Source: an uncultured Lachnospiraceae bacterium
Lineage (GTDB): Bacteria > Bacillota > Clostridia > Lachnospirales > Lachnospiraceae
Length of the DNA stretch: 64,000 bases
Direction of reading: 5' to 3'
Assembly: GCA_902775895.1 (NCBI GenBank)
Contig: CACYNO010000008.1
Coordinates: forward strand, 17,557-81,556
Shown: positions 11,225 to 21,662 of the stretch, piece after piece
How positions within the stretch are numbered: position 1 is the first letter of the stretch
How the letters are laid out: every line of letters starts with the position of its first letter
Translations under genes and position numbers: made by a program
The notes under the pieces: generated by a model
What the model was told of the DNA's origin: nothing
Database searches by the model: none
What the model saw: only the letters and a program-made list of their open reading frames with translations

Positions 11225-11938
11225 TTATTCAACTTTGTTAAAATACAGATTTTTTTCCGTGCCGTCGAATCTTTCAAGATGTAATATGCCTTTCAGATCT
11301 TCCATTTCGGGAATGATCCTGGTAAGACGATCCATCTTTTCTTCCACATATTCATCCGATCCGCAAAGCACGGTAACATCCTTTATCTTTATGCTGACAT
11401 CACCGTTTTCGTCAAAGGATATCTTATCTGACGGTATCTGATGTTCGTTGAACGCTTTAGCAAATGACATGATCTTTTCTTTCATTTCCTCGTTTGCCTC
11501 AGATATATCCGCGCCCTCTTCCACAGGCGCAAATTCTATTCCTTCTATCTCAACAACTCCGTCGATAAGTCTGTCCGAAATGTCGGTAACGGTTCCTGTA
11601 TCGTCAAAGTAATTATATCCGGATTCAGTCTTAAAGAATCCAAGGTATTCCCTTTCATGTATTGTCAGTTTTAAAGTATTCGGATCCTGAATGCTCACAT
11701 CATACTTCTGTACAAACGGAACATGCTTGTTCTTTTTCCCAAAGATCTTATAAATGATCGAATTAGGAAGTTTACCTTCAAAAACGTACTCCGTGATCTG
11801 AGCATCTTCAAGACGTGTGTTGCCTTCGTAAACTATTTTTTTTGTCTTAAATCCGAAAATAATGACCAATACAGCAGTCGCAACAGCTCCTGCAACTATC
11901 AGCCCGGCAATAAGACCTCTTTTTTTTCTTTTTGTCAT
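11225..11938 (-). CDS. ftsQ: FtsQ/DivIB-type cell division protein
   Basis: 237 aa, N-terminal TM segment then POTRA-like region; position between ftsW and ftsZ. Confidence 0.65.
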   Translation of the reverse strand: MTKRKKRGLIAGLIVAGAVATAVLVIIFGFKTKKIVYEGNTRLEDAQITEYVFEGKLPNSIIYKIFGKKNKHVPFVQKYDVSIQDPNTLKLTIHEREYLGFFKTESGYNYFDDTGTVTDISDRLIDGVVEIEGIEFAPVEEGADISEANEEMKEKIMSFAKAFNEHQIPSDKISFDENGDVSIKIKDVTVLCGSDEYVEEKMDRLTRIIPEMEDLKGILHLERFDGTEKNLYFNKVE

Positions 11939-11940
11939 CG

Positions 11941-13161
11941 TTACTGTTCCTTAATCTGCCTTGAGACGTTCAGTACCATTCCCATTTCATACATCAAAAA
12001 CAGGATCGATGATCCGCCGTAACTGATAAACGGCAGGGTTACACCTGTATTAGGTATGAGATTAGTCGCCACGGCAATATTTAAAAATACCTGTATAGCA
12101 ATATGGAAGAACACTCCCATACAGATCAGCATCCCGAACCTGTCCGGAGCTCTTCTGGCTATAACAAGTATCCTCCATAACAGGAAAATAAATAATGATA
12201 CAACCAGGATTGCACCGAATATCCCCAGTTCCTCGCAGATAACCGCAAAGATCATGTCATTTTGCGCCTCGGGTATGAAGCTTAATTTCTGCATACTTCT
12301 TCCCAGACCCTTACCGAAAAAGCCTCCTGAACCTATGGCATACAACGACTGTACCGTCTGATATCCTGTAGTTTCCGCATAATCTTCCGGATGAAGCCAT
12401 ACCGCTATACGGTTTAAGCGGAAGCTTCCGGAGTCAGGATCAGCACTGTTGGCATACATTACCGCAGCTAAGGCGATAACAATTCCTATCGCTATCAGAA
12501 AAACATAGGGCTTGTATCCCGAGTATGCCACGAATGTCATTAGCAGGGATATAAGAACAACTATAATGGCACTGCTAAGGTTTGAACTTACGAGATACAC
12601 TATTGCCGCAGGGATTATCCCCGTAAAAACCCATATCCTGAAAATCTTCTTAAAGCGTACAAATTTTGCGGTACTCAAACATATCAGACTGGCTGTAAGG
12701 ATGATCACTCCTATCTTTACAAACTCTGCAGGCTGGAGTGTTGTCACTTTAAGATCAAGCCATCTTCTTGCACCGTTTATTGTTATTCCCAAAGGTGAAA
12801 ACAATGCAAACATGGATATAAGTGAAACAATAAATATGATCCACGGAACCCTGCCCCTGTTATATACGCGGTAATTTATAAAAAAAGCAAGTGCCATTGC
12901 TCCCGCACCGATGATAACGGAAAATAACTGCTTCCTGAAATAACCCCAGGTATTTCCGAAATCCTGTTGGGATGAATATTCGCTGGCACTGTATATCATG
13001 ATAAGACCAAAAGCAATGATGAAGATCACAATAAACAAAAACGAATAGTCAAATGAAAAAACATCTCTTGTTCTTGTTCCGGCAACCTTTTTTACTTTCG
13101 GTTTTTTAAATTTACTTACCTGTGATTGAGTTGATACCAATTTTTCTCTCCGATTAAACAT
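11941..13161 (-). CDS. ftsW: SEDS-family peptidoglycan glycosyltransferase FtsW/SpoVE
   Basis: 406 aa polytopic membrane protein with ...PEAQNDMIFA... and ...LPFISYGGSS... SEDS blocks. Confidence 0.85.
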   Translation of the reverse strand: MFNRREKLVSTQSQVSKFKKPKVKKVAGTRTRDVFSFDYSFLFIVIFIIAFGLIMIYSASEYSSQQDFGNTWGYFRKQLFSVIIGAGAMALAFFINYRVYNRGRVPWIIFIVSLISMFALFSPLGITINGARRWLDLKVTTLQPAEFVKIGVIILTASLICLSTAKFVRFKKIFRIWVFTGIIPAAIVYLVSSNLSSAIIVVLISLLMTFVAYSGYKPYVFLIAIGIVIALAAVMYANSADPDSGSFRLNRIAVWLHPEDYAETTGYQTVQSLYAIGSGGFFGKGLGRSMQKLSFIPEAQNDMIFAVICEELGIFGAILVVSLFIFLLWRILVIARRAPDRFGMLICMGVFFHIAIQVFLNIAVATNLIPNTGVTLPFISYGGSSILFLMYEMGMVLNVSRQIKEQ

Positions 13162-13163
13162 TA

Positions 13164-14531
13164 TTATGAATTTACATATTCTTTGAATTTACGTCCTCTG
13201 ACTTCGTAATTCGGAAACATATCCCAGCTGGCACACGCAGGCGAAAGTAGCACGCAGTCTCCGCTTTGTGCATCTCTTTTACATACGGCAACTGCCTCTT
13301 CCATATCCTTTACCTTAATGACATTTTCAAAGCCTGCTTTTTTTGCAGTTTCTGCTATCTTGTCTGCTGTCGTACCAAGTACCACAAGTTCTTTAACCTT
13401 GTCTCCGAAAGCCGCTATATATTCTTCAAAAGAACTGCTCTTATCGTAACCGCCTCCGATAAGGATAGTGGGCTTTCTCATCGCTTCTATAGCTTTGATG
13501 GAAGCATCCGGGTTCGTACCTTTTGAGTCATTATAATAATCAACGCCATTAACTGTGTTTACGAATTCTATACGATGCTCAACAGCTTTAAAATTCTTTA
13601 CTACTCTTGTAATCGTATCTACCGGAACTCCTGCTGCAACTCCTACGGCATATGCTGCCATCATATTTTCATAGTTGTGTGTTCCTAACAGATTAGTATC
13701 ATTAATGTTTACAAGCGGTGCCTTTTCCTCACCGTCCACTTTGTAGATAATGTCATCCTCAAAATAATAACCACGATCCGGTCTCTTTGTGCGTCCATAC
13801 CACACCACAGTCGCCGGACATCTGCTCTCACCGAATTCTCTGAGTCTTTCATCGTCATAATTCAGAACACAAACATCATCTTTAGTCTGGTTCTTACATA
13901 TGCTCTCTTTCACACGGGCATATTCATCCATGGTGTGGTGTCTGTCCAGATGATCCGGAGTTATATTTAAGATTGCTGCGATCTTCGGATGAAATGTGAT
14001 CATTGTTTCAAGCTGGTAGCTGCTGATTTCTGCAACCGATACTGAATCCTCAGTGGTCTTTTCAACCTCACTTGTATAAGGAATACCTATGTTTCCCACT
14101 ACAAAAGTATTTGCATTCCAGGCTTTGATTATCTCTCCTGTAAGAGTCGTGGTAGTAGTCTTTCCGTTCGTTCCCGTTATGGCAATGACTTCACCTTTTT
14201 CGAAACGATACGCAAGTTCTATCTCTCCCCATATGGTCTTGCCTTTTGCAACAACCCTCCTGAAAATCTCACTTTCCGGAAAAACCCCGGGACTTGGAAC
14301 AACCAGTACTGCAGACTCCAGCTCTTCTTCCGTAAGTTCTCCTATGATGATCTTTATCCTTTCATCCGCAAGATTTTCACGGATCTTTTCCACATTTACA
14401 TCAGGATTTTCTTCATAAAGGCATACATTTCCCACATGAGCCGACAAAAGATTTGCAGCATTGATACCGCTGACACCGGCTCCTATCACAATAGCTTTTT
14501 TAATATTATTTATGTCTTCCATTCTGATCAC
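13164..14531 (-). CDS. murD: UDP-N-acetylmuramoylalanine--D-glutamate ligase
   Basis: 455 aa, GTNGKTTTT P-loop, Mur ligase middle and C-terminal domains. Confidence 0.92.
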   Translation of the reverse strand: MIRMEDINNIKKAIVIGAGVSGINAANLLSAHVGNVCLYEENPDVNVEKIRENLADERIKIIIGELTEEELESAVLVVPSPGVFPESEIFRRVVAKGKTIWGEIELAYRFEKGEVIAITGTNGKTTTTTLTGEIIKAWNANTFVVGNIGIPYTSEVEKTTEDSVSVAEISSYQLETMITFHPKIAAILNITPDHLDRHHTMDEYARVKESICKNQTKDDVCVLNYDDERLREFGESRCPATVVWYGRTKRPDRGYYFEDDIIYKVDGEEKAPLVNINDTNLLGTHNYENMMAAYAVGVAAGVPVDTITRVVKNFKAVEHRIEFVNTVNGVDYYNDSKGTNPDASIKAIEAMRKPTILIGGGYDKSSSFEEYIAAFGDKVKELVVLGTTADKIAETAKKAGFENVIKVKDMEEAVAVCKRDAQSGDCVLLSPACASWDMFPNYEVRGRKFKEYVNS

Positions 14532-14551
14532 ACTGCCTTTCTTAAAAATCC

Positions 14552-16630
14552 TTATTCTTCTTCGTCTTCTTCATCTTGAATGTCTTTTTCGTCTTCATCA
14601 TTGTTTGCTTCATCCGTTTGATCTTCTACGGAAGTCTCCGTTTCCGTGGTTGTCTCTTCCCGGGTGTTATAATCTTCTATCTCTTGTTCCTCTTCTTTTT
14701 CGTAGTCATATTCCTCTGCATTATCAGGAGTCTCTACGCCTCCGTCAGGATTTTCTTCTTCCTCTTTCTCCGGCATCACCACATCCTTATCATCCGTTCT
14801 GCTGACGGTCAGATAAGGAAGAAGTTCTGTCATTATGGCCTTGGTCAACGTCTGGGAATCCATGCCGTCACCGCTCCCGCCCGTTGTTCCGTCCGGTTCA
14901 TCTATCAGTACATAAAGCAAAATCTTGGGATTATCCACGGGAGCAAAAGACATTACGGACACAAGCCACTTTTTATCTTTACGCGGTATTTTTTGCGCAG
15001 TTGCCGTCTTTCCGCCCATTGAATATCCTTCCACCTTTGAGTACTGTACGGCATATTGCTCAACTCCCGACTCCAGGTATCTCCTTATGGTATCTGAAGT
15101 TTCCTTCGTTACAGTCCTGCGGACAACGGAAGGATTGATAGTCTTTACCACATTTCCTTTTGAATCGGTTATCGCCTTGACCATATGCGGCTGATAATAA
15201 TTCCCTCCATTTATAAGAGAGGAATACGCTGCCACCATCTGGATCATATTGACGTTTATACTCTGTCCAAAGGAATTGGTCGCAACATCTATGTCCGTCA
15301 TGTTATCCGGGTCATAGATGATTCCTCTTTCTTCTCCGGGAAGATCTATGCCCGTCTTATTTCCGAATCCGAACATGGACTGATATTTGACCATAGTCTC
15401 AGCGCCAAGACTGAGACCTATATCCATAAGAGCCACGTTACAGGAATCCGCAAGCGCCTCTTCCAGATCAAGTTCACCGTGTCCGCCCCTGTCAATCCTC
15501 CAACACCCTACATCATAGCCTTCCACATATTTGCTTCCGGAACAGCTGAACCTGTCCCCGTCTTTTGCCTTTGCGGCTTCAAGGGCAGAGGCAACGGTAA
15601 TTGACTTAAAAGTGGAACCGGGTTCATATACCCTGGACGTACAGAAATTACTCCACAATGCGTAAAGCGTATCAGTGCGCTGATCTTCGTTCATCTTTTT
15701 TAACTCTTCAGGTTTATACACTCCCGTAAGATCCCTGGGATTGTTCAGATCAAAAAACGGGTAACTCGCCATCCCCAGTATCTCTCCTGAATTAGGATCC
15801 ATAGCGATAACTGCCGTATTTGCAGACGGTTTCTTTTTATTATATTCTTTTATGTATTTCTCAAGGATATTCTGAACACCGTAGTCCAATGTGGTTATAA
15901 TGTTATTACCGTCAACCGGTTCCTTTACTACCTTCTCCATTTCCATGTTTTCATCAATGTATGTATAAGATACCCCGTCAACTCCGGTAAGTTCATTATC
16001 ATATTTGATCTCCAGCCCTATCTCGCCTCCGTTTACCACGCTGGCAAAGCCGATAGCATCACAGGCCAGACTGTTGAAGGGATATGACCTGATAAAGGAA
16101 TCCTCAAACCACACCCCTGCTATATTCTTCTTCGTCTCATCTTCGCTGTCTTTTTCTTTATTTTCTTCTTCAAGTTTCAGGAAAGGTTCTATCTGGGATT
16201 CCTCTAAATTGGTGAGCATTTTTTCATATTTGCTGGACGGCTTTTTATTTAACTTGTCTTCTATATCCTCTCTTTTGATATCGAAATTTGAAACGAGGGC
16301 TTCGATAGTATCTCCTTTGTATTTACCGTCTTCTGATAACATTCTGTTCGGATCGATTATCAGATTGTAGACCTTTTTGCTGTATGCCAGTATGGTGCCG
16401 TTCCTGTCGCGGATCTCACCTCTTTTTCCGGTAATGGTTTTTGATGTAGTTGCCTGGTGATTTAACACTATCTTTGAATATTCCTCACCGCTCGTTACGT
16501 TTATCGCCACTACTCTTATAATCAGTATAACTGCGATTATTATAGCAACAAAAAAGGCAACGCCGGCTTTTGTTTTCATCCTGCCAAGCATTGTCTCTTT
16601 GTTTTTTTGTATATCGTTCTTCCTACTCAT
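14552..16630 (-). CDS. class B penicillin-binding protein (FtsI/SpoVD-like) with a long acidic C-terminal tail
   Basis: 692 aa, N-terminal TM, STFK active-site motif, SCN, KTA(T). Last about 100 aa are almost all D/E/T. Confidence 0.9.
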   Translation of the reverse strand: MSRKNDIQKNKETMLGRMKTKAGVAFFVAIIIAVILIIRVVAINVTSGEEYSKIVLNHQATTSKTITGKRGEIRDRNGTILAYSKKVYNLIIDPNRMLSEDGKYKGDTIEALVSNFDIKREDIEDKLNKKPSSKYEKMLTNLEESQIEPFLKLEEENKEKDSEDETKKNIAGVWFEDSFIRSYPFNSLACDAIGFASVVNGGEIGLEIKYDNELTGVDGVSYTYIDENMEMEKVVKEPVDGNNIITTLDYGVQNILEKYIKEYNKKKPSANTAVIAMDPNSGEILGMASYPFFDLNNPRDLTGVYKPEELKKMNEDQRTDTLYALWSNFCTSRVYEPGSTFKSITVASALEAAKAKDGDRFSCSGSKYVEGYDVGCWRIDRGGHGELDLEEALADSCNVALMDIGLSLGAETMVKYQSMFGFGNKTGIDLPGEERGIIYDPDNMTDIDVATNSFGQSINVNMIQMVAAYSSLINGGNYYQPHMVKAITDSKGNVVKTINPSVVRRTVTKETSDTIRRYLESGVEQYAVQYSKVEGYSMGGKTATAQKIPRKDKKWLVSVMSFAPVDNPKILLYVLIDEPDGTTGGSGDGMDSQTLTKAIMTELLPYLTVSRTDDKDVVMPEKEEEENPDGGVETPDNAEEYDYEKEEEQEIEDYNTREETTTETETSVEDQTDEANNDEDEKDIQDEEDEEE

Positions 16631-16655
16631 TTAAACCGGTTTCCTTGTGTTACTT

Positions 16656-17111
16656 TTACGGAATATCCTGATACTTCCTTATATATCCTTCTCCCTCGGC
16701 GTTATAAGTTCTTATCTGGCCTTTGTTGGGATATACCATCCCGTACTCTTTTGTTGCCTTATCATATATCTTGTTGTAATCAATATTGGTGTTGATCTCG
16801 GCTTCCAGCTCATCGTTCATGATGGTAAGCTCATTCAACTCCTCCTGCATTGCAGCCACGTCGCCGGACATACCTGCCATCTTTCCCCTTATGGTAAGGT
16901 ACTGTACACAGAATACGAAAATAATACCTGTAACCGCAACCATAGCCGCAAGATAAATCAGATTCTTTCTTTTTGCTCGTCCCGGTTGTTTGCGCGGGAC
17001 TTTCCGGGGCTCCTCCTCAGGAGGATAATCTATGCGCGGTGCGGTGGATAAGTCCATCGCCTCGCTTCCCGGGGAATAATAATCTGTATGCCTTCTGTTT
17101 TCTGCAGCCAT
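16656..17111 (-). CDS. FtsL-like cell division protein
   Basis: 151 aa, single TM plus coiled-coil, positioned between rsmH and the PBP gene. Confidence 0.5.
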   Translation of the reverse strand: MAAENRRHTDYYSPGSEAMDLSTAPRIDYPPEEEPRKVPRKQPGRAKRKNLIYLAAMVAVTGIIFVFCVQYLTIRGKMAGMSGDVAAMQEELNELTIMNDELEAEINTNIDYNKIYDKATKEYGMVYPNKGQIRTYNAEGEGYIRKYQDIP

Positions 17112-17158
17112 TGTAACCCCCTGCCTTTCTGAAACTTAAAAGAACGGTCGACTGTTTT

Positions 17159-18100
17159 TCAGTTTACCTTCTTTTCAAAAACCCTGAGCTTTGCGCTTTT
17201 TGATCTGGGATTGATCTCCATCTCTTCTTCGCCCGGCAAAATGGGTTTTTTTGTAATAACCTTTCCTTTTGATATCTTCCCACATACGCACACCGGAAAA
17301 TCCGGCGGACATGTACACGGGCTTTCCGCTTTTTTAAATGCGTTCTTTACTATCCTGTCTTCCAGAGAATGAAATGTGATGATACACAGCCTGCCACCGT
17401 CTTTTAGCAGATCTATCATCTCGGGTATCACTTTTTCTACACTCTCTAACTCTCCATTTATAGCAATCCTTATCGCCTGAAAGGTTCTTTTTGAGGGATG
17501 TCCTCCTTTTATGCGAAACCTTTCGGGAATTGCGGATCTGATAATATCGTTCAACTCAAAAGTTGTCTTAATGTGTGCTTTCTCTCTCTTACTGACTATG
17601 CAAGAGGCAATGGATGAAGCAAATTTTTCTTCTCCGTATTCCTTAAGGATACGTGTCAGTTCATCTTTCGAGGATCCGTTTACGATATCGGCTGCCGTCT
17701 TTGTCTGCCTCATGTCCATCCTCATATCAAGAGGTGCATCATTTTTATAAGAAAAACCCCTCTCCGGCGTATCGAGCTGGTGGGAAGATACCCCCAGATC
17801 CAGTACAATGCCGTCTGCTCCTTCAATACCCAGTTGCTCCAGCACCTCAGGCATACGGTCAAAATTACTCCTGACCGGAGTAAAGATGTCCGTATACTCT
17901 TTTAGTACATCCGATGCGGCTTCAATAGCCTCACCGTCTCTGTCTATTCCTATCAGCCGTCCTCTTTTCGAAAGCCTGCGGGCTATCATAAGGCTGTGAC
18001 CTCCGCCACCGAGAGTCCCGTCAACATAAATACCGTCTTCCTTTATATTCAGACTCTCGATCGTTTCCTCTAAAAGAACCGATACATGGCCAAAATCCAT
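17159..18100 (-). CDS. rsmH: 16S rRNA (cytosine1402-N4)-methyltransferase
   Basis: 313 aa, [13 protein letters not shown] motif, follows mraZ. Confidence 0.95.
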   Translation of the reverse strand: MDFGHVSVLLEETIESLNIKEDGIYVDGTLGGGGHSLMIARRLSKRGRLIGIDRDGEAIEAASDVLKEYTDIFTPVRSNFDRMPEVLEQLGIEGADGIVLDLGVSSHQLDTPERGFSYKNDAPLDMRMDMRQTKTAADIVNGSSKDELTRILKEYGEEKFASSIASCIVSKREKAHIKTTFELNDIIRSAIPERFRIKGGHPSKRTFQAIRIAINGELESVEKVIPEMIDLLKDGGRLCIITFHSLEDRIVKNAFKKAESPCTCPPDFPVCVCGKISKGKVITKKPILPGEEEMEINPRSKSAKLRVFEKKVN

Positions 18101-18109
18101 TTTTTCTCC

Positions 18110-18547
18110 TTAAATAACAAATCCCATATCCTGCATTCCGTCCAAAAGTCCGTCCATATTCTCACTGATATCTGACATATTGTTCTCCCAGCGTTCCTTA
18201 TCCCATATCTCGATATGTTTACCCACACCAACCATGCAGACCTCTTTTTTCAAGTCCGCATATGTTCGCAAGCCCGCAGGGACGAGTATGCGTCCCTGCT
18301 TATCAGGCTCACATTGTGTGACTCCCGCATGGAAGAATCGGGTCAATTCTCTTGCCCCTTTGTTAATAAGCGGTAATTTCTGAAGCTTTTCATCAAGAGC
18401 CTGCCATTCCAATTGGGTGTAGACAAACAAGCACCCGTCGAGTCCGCGGGTGATCATGAAGGAACCTCCAAGCTCTTCCCTGAAGCGGGCAGGCAGGATA
18501 AGGCGCCCTTTAGCGTCAAGCGTATGATAAAATTCACCATCAAACAT
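18110..18547 (-). CDS. mraZ: division/cell wall cluster transcriptional regulator MraZ
   Basis: 145 aa, duplicated DxxGR motifs (DAKGRLILP, DKQGRILVP). Confidence 0.95.
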   Translation of the reverse strand: MFDGEFYHTLDAKGRLILPARFREELGGSFMITRGLDGCLFVYTQLEWQALDEKLQKLPLINKGARELTRFFHAGVTQCEPDKQGRILVPAGLRTYADLKKEVCMVGVGKHIEIWDKERWENNMSDISENMDGLLDGMQDMGFVI

Positions 18548-18571
18548 AAGCCGTTTCTCCTGCCAAATCTA

Positions 18572-18606
18572 CCACTTTTCTCCACTAATCACTACTTTTT
18601 ACCACT
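18572..18606 (-). promoter_or_regulatory. candidate MraZ operator: four direct AGTGG/AGTAG boxes with exact 10-bp phasing
   Basis: Plus-strand CCACT at 18572, 18582, 18602 and CTACT at 18592, in the leader between the putative promoter and mraZ. Confidence 0.45.
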
Positions 18607-18615
18607 TACATGCAC

Positions 18616-18643
18616 ATAATATCACTTTAAATAGGAAAAACAA
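18616..18643 (-). promoter_or_regulatory. putative dcw/mraZ promoter
   Basis: Minus strand TTGTTT - 16 nt - (TGa)TATTAT extended -10. Confidence 0.4.
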
Positions 18644-18895
18644 GTGCGTATTTCTTTAAAAAATGGCTCAAACTCCGGTGTTTATGAAAGTGGGGACTTG
18701 TCCCGTTCTATATATAGTGGTCAAATTTAATTCATCACGCAATATATGCGCAATTATTATGTTGTTAAAATTATTATTATTTTTATAATATTATTTTATT
18801 AATTTTTTATTAACTGTTACCCTTGTTACTTATCTGCTTCTATGCTATATTTAGTCAGATATTTACAAAACAGTCCGTATTGTGGAGGTATATAA

Positions 18896-19990
18896 ATGAA
18901 ATTAGGAATCGTAGGTCTTCCGAACGTCGGAAAAAGTACACTTTTCAACTCACTTACCAAGGCCGGTGCAGACGCGGCAAACTACCCTTTCTGTACCATA
19001 GATCCGAATATCGGCATTGTCACGGTTCCTGATGAACGTCTTGAAAAACTTGCCGCTCTTTATAATTCTGAAAAGATAACACCCGCGGTTATCGAATTTG
19101 TAGATATAGCCGGACTTGTAAAAGGTGCATCCAAGGGCGAAGGTCTGGGAAACCAGTTCCTTTCAAATATCCGCGAAGTGGATGCCATAGTACACGTGGT
19201 ACGTTGTTTTGAAGATTCAAACATTGTCCATGTAGACGGCTCCATTGACCCTATCCGTGATATAGAGACTATTAATATGGAACTTATCTTCGCAGATATG
19301 GAGGTTCTTGAAAAAAGACTTTCCAAGCAGAAAAAGCTTGCCAACAACAATAAAGAGGCAGCAAAAGAAGTTGCTTTCATAGAAAAACTCATCTCCCACC
19401 TTGAGGATGGAAAACTTGCTCTCACACTTGATCTTACTGAAGATGAATCAGAGTATATGAAAGAATATAATCTTCTTACCGCCAAGCCGGTTATTTATGC
19501 AGCTAATGTTTCGGATGAGGATATATCAGATGATGCCGCAGGCAATGAAAACGTGGCAAGAGTAAGGGAATATGCCGCAAAGTCCGGCAGCGGTGTTTAT
19601 GTGGTATGCGCCCAGATAGAGGCAGAAATGTCAGATCTTGACGATGACGAAAAGAAGGAGTTTCTTGATGACCTGGGAATATCCTCATCAGGTCTGGACA
19701 AACTGATCACGGCAAGCTACGATCTGCTCGGACTTATCAGTTACCTTACTTCGGGTGAACCCGAGACCAGAGCCTGGACCATCAAAAAAGGCACAAAAGC
19801 ACCTCAGGCTGCAGGTAAGATACATACGGATTTTGAAAGAGGGTTTATTAAAGCAGAGGTCATCGACTGGAAGGAATTGCTCGAATGCGGATCACTGACC
19901 GCAGCAAAAGAAAAAGGACTTGTGCGCATGGAGGGCAAGGATTATGTCGTACAGGACGGAGATGTGATACTTTTCAGGTTTAATGTATAA
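18896..19990 (+). CDS. ychF: redox-regulated ribosome-binding ATPase YchF
   Basis: 364 aa, GLPNVGKST P-loop, C-terminal TGS-like domain. Confidence 0.95.
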   Translation: MKLGIVGLPNVGKSTLFNSLTKAGADAANYPFCTIDPNIGIVTVPDERLEKLAALYNSEKITPAVIEFVDIAGLVKGASKGEGLGNQFLSNIREVDAIVHVVRCFEDSNIVHVDGSIDPIRDIETINMELIFADMEVLEKRLSKQKKLANNNKEAAKEVAFIEKLISHLEDGKLALTLDLTEDESEYMKEYNLLTAKPVIYAANVSDEDISDDAAGNENVARVREYAAKSGSGVYVVCAQIEAEMSDLDDDEKKEFLDDLGISSSGLDKLITASYDLLGLISYLTSGEPETRAWTIKKGTKAPQAAGKIHTDFERGFIKAEVIDWKELLECGSLTAAKEKGLVRMEGKDYVVQDGDVILFRFNV

Positions 19991-20093
19991 AATAATACAC
20001 AAGGCTTTTTGCTCATTGCAATAACAAAAAAAGAAAAGGCAAACATTTCAGATATCTGAAAGTTTGACCTTTTCTTTTTATTGTCTGTATGTA

Positions 20094-21500
20094 TTACTGG
20101 TCTTTTTTAGCTGCCTCAAATCTGGCCTTCTTGTCAATATGACCTGCTGCCCAGAGTCTCTGTGCAGTATCTGTCCAGGCTTCAGCATAATCATCACATT
20201 TAGAGCAAAGATGATCCACATCCTCCGGAGACTGCATATCAGTTGAGTGAGCTCCTGTCTCTTCAACCATAGCTCTGAGCTTATCCGGATTCTCGAGCAT
20301 CGGACAAGGCTGAAGATGGTTGTCATTGAACGGCTGATTTGCCTGATATACCTTGAAGAGTGGCTGCTGCAGGCACTCAAGCCAGCTCATGTCATGAATG
20401 TTGGCATTTGAATAATGAATAAATACGCAAGGCTCAACGTCACCGTTAGGGTTAACGTGGCAGTAGTATTTTCCTCCTGCAATACATCCAGAAACGAACT
20501 CACCGTCATTCTGGAAGTCAACTACCATGATCGGTTTTCCGCCTTCATAACCTCTGATCTCACGTACTCTGTTGTACATATACTCTCTCTGCTCAGGGTT
20601 AAGAAGTAAATCCGTAGCCGCATCGTTTCCAACCGGCATGTAGTGGAAATACCATGAATACTTAACGCCTTTTGCAATAAGAAGATCAATGAACTCATCA
20701 GATGTAACAGTCTTATAGTTCTTGCTTGTGTAACAGATAGAAGTACCAAAGAGCATCTTGTTAGCCTTCATGATATCCATCGCGTGAAGAACCTTTTCGT
20801 AAACTCCCTTACCTCTACGGCCGTCATTTACTTCCTCAAAACCTTCAAGAGATACTGAAGGAGTAAAGTTTCCAACTCTTACCGCTTCCTTACAGAACGC
20901 ATCATCGATAAGTGTTCCGTTGGTGAAGCAATGGAAATGGCTGTAAGGATGTGCCTCACAAAGCTTGATGATGTCATCTTTTCTGATAAGAGGCTCACCG
21001 CCTGTCATAAGGAAAGCGTGCGTCCCGAGTGCCTCGGCCTCCGTGATAAGCTTGTCCATATCCTCGTATGAAAGCTGCTTTGTGTGTCCGTACTCAGCAG
21101 CCCAGCATCCTGTACATTTTAAGTTACAGGCACTGGTGGGATCGATAAGGATAAGCCATGGAATTGAGCATCCGTACTTTTTCTTATTCTCCTGTGCTAT
21201 CTTAAATCCTCTGAATCCCGCCTCATATGCCAGGTTCAAAGCTCTGTTCTTTATGATCTTTGGATCGATATCATCAAAAAGAGAATCTGCATATTTCATC
21301 CATTTGCTGTCCGGATCACTGAAAATATCTCTGAATCTCTGATATGCAGCAGGTGACCATGTGTCACCGAGAACCTTCTCAACGAGGTCTACAAGCTGCA
21401 GTAAAGCCTTCTGACGATCCTTTCCTGCATGCTTAAGAGCTGCATCTACCACTACTTCAAACATTTTACGTTGTGCCTTATGGGCCAAATCAAATGCCAT
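20094..21500 (-). CDS. radical SAM protein with Cys-rich C-terminal extension (function unknown)
   Basis: CNLKCTGC (CX3CX2C) cluster. Additional Cys pairs near the C-terminus. Start moved to the ATG preceded by GGAGG (ORF track 21527). Confidence 0.8.
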   Translation of the reverse strand: MAFDLAHKAQRKMFEVVVDAALKHAGKDRQKALLQLVDLVEKVLGDTWSPAAYQRFRDIFSDPDSKWMKYADSLFDDIDPKIIKNRALNLAYEAGFRGFKIAQENKKKYGCSIPWLILIDPTSACNLKCTGCWAAEYGHTKQLSYEDMDKLITEAEALGTHAFLMTGGEPLIRKDDIIKLCEAHPYSHFHCFTNGTLIDDAFCKEAVRVGNFTPSVSLEGFEEVNDGRRGKGVYEKVLHAMDIMKANKMLFGTSICYTSKNYKTVTSDEFIDLLIAKGVKYSWYFHYMPVGNDAATDLLLNPEQREYMYNRVREIRGYEGGKPIMVVDFQNDGEFVSGCIAGGKYYCHVNPNGDVEPCVFIHYSNANIHDMSWLECLQQPLFKVYQANQPFNDNHLQPCPMLENPDKLRAMVEETGAHSTDMQSPEDVDHLCSKCDDYAEAWTDTAQRLWAAGHIDKKARFEAAKKDQ

Positions 21501-21573
21501 TATGTAAAACCTCCTGTATGATCTCATTATTTTTCTACAGGCATAATCTTATTACCAATGTTGTCAAATCGCA

Positions 21574-21599
21574 TTAGACAAGGGCAATTCATTGTCTAA
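21574..21599. promoter_or_regulatory. 8-10-8 palindrome, candidate TetR operator in front of the radical SAM gene
   Basis: TTAGACAA-N10-TTGTCTAA, next to a TTGACA hexamer on the minus strand. Confidence 0.35.
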
Positions 21600-21635
21600 A
21601 AAGTAAACGCACGGGTCCTTTTGTTACCCGTGCGT
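21597..21635 (-). terminator. terminator after the TetR gene
   Basis: ACGCACGGGT / ACCCGTGCGT stem followed by a T-rich tract on the minus strand. Confidence 0.55.
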
Positions 21636-21662
21636 AATCACAATATATAGTATGTCGTCCGA

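Noticed and set aside
18640-18895. Very AT-rich tract (TTATTATTATTTTTATAATATTATTTTATTAATTTTTTATTAA) as a possible origin or dif-like site
   Set aside because: No DnaA-box-like or dif-like consensus was recognised. Its position between divergent mraZ and ychF fits ordinary promoter/UP-element DNA.
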